Positions 36,575 to 46,494 of a stretch of DNA of 46,494 bases are shown in pieces. Each line of letters begins with the position of its first letter. The first letter of the stretch is position 1. The stretch is from Reclinomonas americana ATCC 50394 (lineage: Eukaryota), in the NCBI GenBank assembly GCA_048213135.1, contig PS015288.1:54673-101166 (forward strand), read 5' to 3'. The translations under genes and the position numbers were made by a program. The notes beneath the pieces were generated by a model. The model saw nothing but the letters and a program-made list of their open reading frames with translations, searched no databases and had not been told where the DNA came from.

Positions 36575-38111
36575 ATCGATGCCCACGGTCGCCGCCATGT
36601 CGGAGATGGACAGGGTGAGGTAGGTGTGCGTGAGGCGGCGAATGTGGTGCCGCTTGATTGCGCCAATCGCTTGCCTCACCAGACCCATGTTGGAGTCCTG
36701 CAGCACCCAACATCAGTGACTTCTCCTTCCCCTCCTCTCCTTCTGCGTCACCGCACCTTGGCGTACTGCTCGACATTCTTCTGCAACACGGCCTCCACGG
36801 CGGCGCGATCAAACTTGGACACGGCCTCGGCCAACTCCAGATAATCCTCCGCCCCCGCCTTCAGGTCGCGCAATTGCACCGCCTGCACGCCGCGCGGCTG
36901 CAGCACACGGCCGTCGCTAATCAACGACACCAAGATGAACTTGCGATACGCATCGAGCGCAATGGCGCTGAGGGTGGCGCACGGGTGTTGCAGGGCGGCG
37001 GTGAAGGCCGCCAGTGCCTGCTTCCAGCTCTTGATGGCGGCGAATGCCACGCCCGCGTACTGGAAGTAGCGCAGCACATCCGAGGCGGTGATGCCGCTCT
37101 CCGAGCTCAAATCAAACACCGGTCGCTCGGCCGCAAAGCGCGCGGCCTCGGCAAACTTTTGCTGGCGCAACAAGAGCATGAGAATGTCGGCGTGCGGTCC
37201 CGTCAGCTGCTCGCCGTTGCTGGTCAGCTTGGCGGCGGCCAGCTGCAGATGCTGCACGCCGCGTGAGGCCATCTCCACGGGAATGGTGGTGGCGTATTGT
37301 CGGCACAGGAAGCTGACTGTGAAGGGAGAGAGAAGAAGGGGGTGAGAGAAGGACGGTGGGGAAAGGGGGAAAGGCGGGACGACGCAACATCGGTCACCCG
37401 CCAGCCTCAGCTGCCTCTCACTGCCCTGCTCAATCACGGTCTCCACTTGTCGCCACAGAGTCGGGTAGTCCACTGGGAAGTGTCCGTGTGCAGCGCCGCC
37501 ACCAGCCGCGCCGGGGAGGTTGGCGGCTTGGATTTTGGCGAACCTGGAGGTGGGGGAAGGGCGTAAGGGAAAGGGGGAAGGAGGTGGGGAAGGGAAGGAG
37601 GAGAAGAACACAGGGAGAGAGGAAAACAAGAACAGCACGAATACTGTGTCTTTTCTGCTATTGCTGAGACCATTCTCTATCGTGGCTTTCACTCAGAAGA
37701 GGTGAGGAGACGAATGAAGATGCTGACAATAAAAGAACAGGTTGAAGTAAGTGACGGCAACACGAGGTACACGAGGAAAGGGGGAGATTAGCACACGGAG
37801 CCACGCGACAGGGTGCACAGAGACGTTACACATGAAGTCGAACTGTCGTGTTGATCTGCGAGTTGGGGAGAGGCAGACGTCGTGGAGAGAAAGGAGAGGA
37901 AGTGATACGACAATGACTTGAGTTGCGGAAGCTACACGCAGAGAGAAGAACAGACTGACATCCCACTTACTCCTCTCTCTCTCTCTNNNNNNNNNNNNNN
38001 NNNNNNCACACACACACGCACACACAAGGCAAACTACACAAGGAATGAACCTCCAACACTTGTCCCTCAAATCCATGCAGTACTCACTCTGTAAACGCTC
38101 CTTCTCTTCTG

Positions 38112-38144
<33 letters not shown>

Positions 38145-38266
38145 TCTCACACTCACTAACTTACACACATACACTCACACACAATGCAAACTACACAAGG
38201 AATGAACCTCCAGCACTTGTCTCATGAGTCCATGCACCTTTCTCTCGGCAGACTCATTCTCTTCTG

Positions 38267-38297
<31 letters not shown>

Positions 38298-38647
38298 TCA
38301 AGTCTCTCTCTCAAGTCTCTCTGCGCGCGTGTGACTTTCACGCGGACATGACCATCTCTTCCCCCCTTCTATTCTTATCTCTCTCCTTTTCTCCCTGTTC
38401 CCCTAATACGCAACAGCAGATACACAATGCCCGCTGTATGCTGATCCGCGCGCAACGTGCCGACTGCGCTGTCCACATCGGCCGCCTGTTGCACCATGGC
38501 CGCGGCCATCTTGTCCAGCGCACCCCGCAACTGTTTCAAGTGCTTCCGCTCGCCTCCTGTGACTGCTGCTCCTGGTGCAGCAGCCGCAGCAGTGGAGGAG
38601 GAAGAGGGATTGCTCTTGCTGATGATCTCGTGGATGATGTAGTCCAT
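36575..38647 (-). CDS. COPS3: COP9 signalosome subunit 3, 3' end in an N gap; exons 38647-38415, 37543-37389, 37316-36757, 36697-36575
   Basis: QLRLAGDRFSFLC, EQLTGPHADIL, YFQYAG, SAIALDAYRKFILVSLI, and the PCI segment DSNMGLVRQ...IRRLTHTYLTLSISDMA. Confidence 0.92.
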
Positions 38648-38749
38648 TCTCGCGTGACGTGAAAGTGGAGAGCAATGGGACAGTGGGACGATGCATTGCC
38701 TTGCGCGTGGTCAATGGCTGCCTCGTGGCAGTGGCGTAGGCGGGGGAAG

Positions 38750-39720
38750 AGAGGGTGCTCCTGCCTGTGCTACGATCGCCGTTGATTTTGCGCGTCAGGA
38801 TCGCCTTGTAATGAAGTCGGACGATGGACGCTCAGAGGACAATGCGTTTTTCAACATGCAGAACTCGGTTCTCTCATCGCGACGGTCCAAGCGGGAGTGG
38901 AGGCAGTGCTCTTGCTTGTACTTTGATCGCCGTTGATTTTACGCCTCAGGACCGTCTTGCGGCGAAGTGGGAAGGGAAATTCGCGCGGGTGCGTTTCTCG
39001 GCGCACAGATCTTAGTTTTCTCAGCGCGATGGTCCTAGCGGGGAGAGAGGTGATGTCCCTGCTTGTTATCCAAGCGCCGTCGATTTTCCACCTCAGGATA
39101 TTCTTGGAGCGAGGTTCGAAGAGAAATTCGCGCAGGACGATACATTCCTCAACACACGCCCATTGCCTTTCTCATCGCGATGGTCCTAGCAGGAGGAGAG
39201 GTGATGTCCTTGCTTGTGATCCAAGCGCCGTTGATTATATTCCACCTCAGGATCGCCGTGTAATGCAGTTGGACGAGGGACTCGCATAGGATAATGCGTT
39301 TCTCCACACACAGAACTTGGTTTTCCCTCGCGATTGCTAAAGCAAGAGATGAGGCGGTGCTCCTGCTTGTGCTTTGATCGCCGTTGGTTTTGCGCTTCAG
39401 GATCAGCCTGTGATGTCGGACGACAGTCGAATCAAGGACGATGCTGTCCGCCACCTACGGCCGCTCCTGTTCAGATTATGATCTTGAAGTATGTGGTAGA
39501 AACAGTGCTCTTGCTTTCTCTCCAAGCGTCGGTACTTGCACGCATCGAGATCAGCTTCCAGCGAAGCCGGATGTGAGACGTCGTGTGGAGGACGACGCAT
39601 TCCTCACGCTACAGCCGCTCCTGTTCCAATTACATCGGCGTAGTCAGTAGCAGAGATGATACTTTTACTTATCACCCAATCGCCGGTGCTTGTACGCATC
39701 GGGAACAGCTTGCCAAGCAG
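38750..39720. repeat. Degenerate ~150-bp tandem repeat (5-6 copies) in the CSN3/PEN-2 divergent intergenic region
   Basis: GATCGCCGTTGATTT-like core at 38774, 38925, 39072, 39223 and 39376 (spacing 147-153). Confidence 0.85.
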
Positions 39721-39755
39721 CAGGACGCACACAGGACCCCTTCATTGTCAATCAA

Positions 39756-41324
<1,569 letters not shown>

Positions 41325-41351
41325 GCTGCAATGTACGACGCGGCAATGCAA

Positions 41352-42395
41352 TCATTGACTGGCCGCCGCCGCAGCAGCAGCAGGAGCGTCTCCCGCTGCG
41401 GGCTTGTCTTTCATGAGCTCCGGCACAATCTGGTGCATGTCGATTGGCTCACTGAGTGTGACGTACACCTGCGGTGGAGGGAGCACAAAGAGGATGTGAG
41501 TGGGCGCCGGGGAGGGTGGTTTGGAGAGGGGATTGCGTCTCTCTTGGAAGAAAGAGAAGCACGATTCTGACTGGTCAAGTCGATTGAAGCCACATGGGAC
41601 GTAGAAAGTGAAACAAGCCAACCGAGGTGCCACTGCAACTACAATCTCCTTCTCCCTCCTACTACATTCTCACCTCTATCATTCTCCAATGAACGCAAGC
41701 GCGTAACGTGCAAGAACTCAACGACGAGAGCTTCTTTCACTCTCTTTTGTCCTTACTTCTTCTCTCTCATTCTCATTCTCTCAAATTACTGTGTATTCTC
41801 CGCAAGTGCAGCAAGGCTGTTCGTCTCCACTCTCACCCTCTGCATGTGCGAGTGCGCGTGCACTCTCTTTCTGCGTGAAACGAAGTGCGCATTCTCTGAA
41901 AAGTAACGCATGAATGACCTGTTGTAGGTATTCCTCCTCAACAAGGTGCACGACCTCCCCTCTATCCCTTCTCTTTCTCTCTCTCTCTCTCTCACACAAC
42001 ACACACTCTTTCTCTCTCTCTTGCTGCTCCTCCTCCACATCGTGCGAATAGTCACTTTCTCACACGCAGCGTGCATTCTCTGTATCGTAACGCAGAGCGC
42101 AACGCCGCCTCGTTGTTCTCTCCTCAACAATGTGCGAGGATCGCATCCCTCTCCCTTTCTCCCCCTCCCTTCCTCGCTGCACGCAGTGTGCATCTTCTGC
42201 ATGATAACACACGAGAGGCCTGCTGTTGCTGCTCCTCCTCCTCAACAACGTGCGGAAGACTCGTTCGCTCCTCACTCTTCCCCTCACTTTTTCTCTCTCT
42301 CTCTCTCAACTGTCCAAGGAAGTGCGCATTCTCTGCACGGTAAATACAACGCCGCCTCTTTGCTTTCCTTGTCAACAACGTGCGAACGGCCCGCA

Positions 42396-42453
<58 letters not shown>

Positions 42454-43250
42454 NNNNNNNNNNNNNNNNNNNNNNNNNNNNNNNNNNNNNNNNNNNNNNN
42501 NNNNNNNNNNNNNNNNNNNNNNNNNNNNNNNNNNNNNNNNNNNNNNNNNNNNNNNNNNNNNNNNNNNNNNNNNNNNNNNNNNNNNNNCTCTCCCTCCCTC
42601 TCTCTCTCTCTCTCCATGCGAAGTGCACATCCAAGGCTGAGTAATGCACGAACACCCAATCGTTGCATCTCTCTCTCTCCCTTACCCTCCCTCTCTCTCT
42701 CTCCCTTGCCCTCCTTCCCCCTCCCTTCTCCCCCTTCCCTCTCCCCCCTTCTTCCCCTCCTCCCCTTCCCCCCCACCCACCTTCTTCCAATCGGGCTTCT
42801 TATACACCCTCCCCGCACGCCGCTTCTCCCGCTTCAGCTCGCCTCGTCGATTCACCGTGTGCACCTTGGTGATGCCCGGCAGGCGATACACATCCTGCAA
42901 CACCGCCAGGATCTCCGGCTTGCTCAGGTGATTAGGTGCGCGGAAGGCGACCTCCTTGGAGCCATGCTCCAGCGAGGAGACCAGCAGGCGCAGAGAGTGA
43001 GAGGGGAAGCGGATGTAGCGGTGGATGCGAGTGGCCTGTGGGAGGGGGAGAAGGGAGAGAGAGGGAGAAGGAGGGAAAGGGTGAGTGAGAGAGAGAGAGA
43101 GTGAGGGGTGAGAGAGAGAGAGTGGAGGGGGTGAGAGAAGAAAGAAGAAAGAGATGAGACAGAGAGTGTGTGAGTGTGAGAGAGTGAGAAGAGAGAGAGA
43201 GAGTGAGTGAGTGAAAGTGAATGAAGTGAGAGAGTGTTCACTTGTGCTCC

Positions 43251-43284
<34 letters not shown>

Positions 43285-43459
43285 AGATGCATGCATTCTC
43301 TTCCTCAGAAGAGTGCAAGTGAGAGAGTAAGTGAGTGAGTAAGAGAGGGAGGGTATGAGAGAGAGGGGAGTGAGTTAGAGTGATGCCTAAGTCGTCAGTT
43401 GCATCACTTTCTCTCTCTCACACACAGTATTCTCTTCGTGAACCCACCGCCGCGCTCAT
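41352..43459 (-). CDS. MRPL23: Mitochondrial (bacterial-type) ribosomal protein uL23; exons 43459-43448, 43035-42781, 41468-41352
   Basis: VAFRAPNHLSKPEI...QDVY...KVHTVNRRGELKR...KKPDWKK|VYVTL. The first exon (MSAA) is less certain. Confidence 0.88.
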
Positions 43460-43971
43460 GTTGCGTGTTCCGTGTTTTGCGATTCCATCGTCCATTGCAA
43501 CGCACTGAATCGTTGTGTAAACACTCAAACCATGACTTTTTCCTTCGTACATTACAAGCAGCAGTTTTCGTTGTTGCGTGTGGCTTTCTTCTTTTCTTTC
43601 TTGTCGAGAGGTTTTCTCTTTTCGCGCATACAGCCAGCCAGCCAGCCACACACAAGTTTCCTTTTTGCAAGCACAATCACACAGGCACACACACACACAT
43701 GAGAAAAAAGTATATAGAGGGACAGGGAGAAAAGCGCAACACAGACACACACAAATAGACATCAAAAGCAAGGGTCTTTCTCTTTTTCTTGCCAAATTGC
43801 TCGTCCATAGAGATAACATGAAGAATGCGAAACACACACAAACACTGGGTGGTAAACTGAGGGGGGAGGAGGTTGTGACACAGCTGTGTAATGCGACAGT
43901 GAGTGCGACTTTCGTCTGTGCTTGTCGCGCACCAACATGTCAACACTAACCGGACTCTTTTCCACCATCGC

Positions 43972-45650
43972 TCACATGACAGGCGCGTTGGGGAGCGAGG
44001 GCATGGGTGGCGACGGCGCTGTGGGAAGGCTGGCAGTGGTGGAAGCGGAACCGGGGGGCGGCGCTGCGGATTCGGAAATGGCCTTTAGCCACTCAATGGG
44101 TGACGGGTAGGTGCGGCCCTTGTAGCGCACGCCAGTGGCCACGCCATTGTCCTCCACCTCGGCAATGTAGGTGCGGCCGTTGAGCACGTAGGTGACGCGG
44201 CCGAGCTTGTTGGCGAGTGAGGTGCGGCGGTCGATGGTGTAGCCTCGGGAGCGGCCGCCAACGCCTGAGGAGGACGAAAAGGGAGATGAGGGTTGAGAGA
44301 CAAACAAAAAACAATCAAATAGATGCAGCAAGGATCTTTCGAGTCTATCTCATTCGCTTCTCTCGCCCTCTGTCTGTGCTTTGCAGTCGTCCTGCATAGC
44401 GAGTCTTGCTGCGGGGCACTGGCTGGATGTGGCTCACGACAATGCAGGTCAACTCACGTCTCTCTCATCTTCATGAAGCACAGCTCTCTCGCCCCAACAT
44501 GTCAACAACCCACAGCACGGATTCTCACTGCTTCGGCTCACGAAACGCAATTCAACCCATGTCTCTCTCATCGTATTGAAGAACCGCTCTGGCCAACATC
44601 ATGGTGCAAGCCGACCGCACAGCAATTCTCACTGTTGTGGCTCACGACCAAGCAACGAAACTCACGTCTCTCTCATCTTCATGAAGCGTAAATCTCAAAG
44701 TTGACATGAAGAAGAAAGGCTCGCTGTGACTCGTGACGATAGCTCCTGTCCTTTCAACGTCTTGACGCACGCTTCACGCCCCAGCACGTCTACACCCACC
44801 GCACGGTGATTCTCACTGTTTCGGCTCACGAAAACGCGAGTCAACTTGTGTCTTTCTCATCTTGTTGAAGAACGGCTCTAGCCACATCACGCTGCAAGCC
44901 GACCGCAACAGTGATTCCCACTCCTATCTACTCATCTTCTTGAGGCACAGCTCTCGTCGCACCGCACATCTCAAAGATGACACGAAGAAGAGAGGCGCTG
45001 TGCCTCGCGACAATGAAAATTCTATCGGACTCAGCCTCTTGACGCACACTACCGGTATTGTGATTCTCGCTGTTGCGGCTCACGACAATGCAGCTCATCC
45101 TGTCACACTCGCCACAATTCGTCGGCAAGTGACCCAACCACCCATCGCAGCTCAATGTAACCACCGAGAACTAAGGCTCGCAACACTGCCAACCCATCAC
45201 CTATCTCACTCGTTGAGGAGCTCAAGACACCACGATTCTGTCGGCGATGCCACCGCATCTCACCACATCATCCCACTGTGCTTCTCAGACTCCTTATCTC
45301 GCACTCTCACAGCCCTCCACATGCAAGCCCGCTCCTTGCCTCCCCCCTCCCTCTCCTTTTCTCCACTCACCATCAAAACCCCCACGCCCCGAGTTCGACC
45401 TCTGTTGCCTTGCATTGGCGGCCAAATTGGAGAGACGAGCCGACGTCACGGTCTGCTCGTACGAGTTGCCAGAGTAGTCCACGGTGGTGATGTTGGTGTT
45501 CTTGGCCAGCGCCATGGCGATCGCCTTGGCACCGCTCTGCCCTATTCTGGGGTTCTGGGCCAGCGACACCGTTCGCAGTGACTTGCTCTTCCAGATGCAC
45601 TCGGAGAGGATTTCGGCGCCTTGGTCGCCGATTTCATTGCGCGAGAGGTC
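43972..45650 (-). CDS. RNI-like leucine-rich repeat protein, 3' part; exons 45650-45371, 44264-43972
   Basis: DLSRNEIGDQGAEILSE and SLAQNPRIGQSGAKAIAMALAKNTNITTVDYSGN. A phase-1 GT-AG intron joins the terminal exon. Confidence 0.8.
44425..45100. repeat. Degenerate ~104-bp repeat inside the LRR gene intron
   Basis: GGCTCACGA, mostly followed by TCTCTCATCTT..TGAAG, at ~44431, 44535, 44639, 44823 and 45077. Confidence 0.75.
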
Positions 45651-46372
45651 CTGCGGGATGGGGGGAGGAAGGGGGGNNNNNNNNNNNNNNNNNNNNTAGG
45701 GGGGAGGGAGGGGAGAGTGAGGGAGACGAATGGGGCGACCAACGGAAGAAACGGATAAAGGGAGAGGGAGAGGGAGAGAGAAAGAAAGAGAGAGAGAGAA
45801 AAGAGAACAATGAGATACGATTCGATTTACGAAGGACACCAAGAGACAATCAGAACAGACGAAAGGGAAGACAGAGGCTTTGACAAGCCAAGACCACTAT
45901 CAGAGCGCGGCATTATGCGAGGCCGTCACATCGGCGAACAAGCACTGCAGAAAGATAGATGCAGACACCGCTTTACAAGTCAAGAGCCACGTGAACGCGA
46001 TCAGCGCATGGCGAAGCAAAGGCGATACTAACGCCGGCTGACGAACAGAGCAGGACGAAAGAGAGAGAGAGAGAGAGAGCGCCACGTCTTCATCTTCCGT
46101 TCACCATGTCTCTCACAAACAGCGACGGCGAGGGGAAAATGCGCGATCGAACGTGACAACTTCTTCCTCAACAAGGAACAACGCACAATCTCCCTCTCGC
46201 ACACACCAACAGCGATCACACGACGACAGAAGGAACGAATGGTGCAATCGCCACAACCTCCTCTCACAAGCACACGCGAACAAGCACGAGAAGCAAGCAC
46301 GAGCTGACAGCAACAATCGCTCAAACGACAACGAGGCACCAGCTGCCGTCTCTCTCTCTCTCTCACACATAC

Positions 46373-46472
<100 letters not shown>

Positions 46473-46494
46473 CGTTACGTACTACTCTTCGTAC

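Overview
Intron-rich, GC-rich eukaryotic genomic DNA, probably from a protist; I cannot identify the species. It carries GA/CT microsatellites, many N gaps and pyrosequencing-like artefacts. Manual splice modelling gives these genes: a ~2,600-aa secreted adhesin/lectin-like protein (H-type-lectin-like domains, 8 exon-encoded FN3+cadherin-like units, LamG), TXNL4B/Dim2, TMEM234, a GNAT acetyltransferase, RPAP2/Rtr1, a RAD51D-like paralog, five tandem intronless 7-bladed WD40 genes, CSN3, PEN-2, mitochondrial uL23, and an LRR protein with a RAMA-like tail. The main signal is the splicing grammar. 19 of ~44 modelled introns start GTTG(C/A)G, i.e. the usual GTG(C/A)G motif shifted by one base, and all 19 follow an exon that does not end in G. 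There is also an AT-AC intron lacking the U12 donor consensus and two GC-AG introns. All three head-to-head intergenic regions between identified genes contain degenerate ~143-167 bp tandem repeats. Domain and family calls come from recalled motifs, not database searches.
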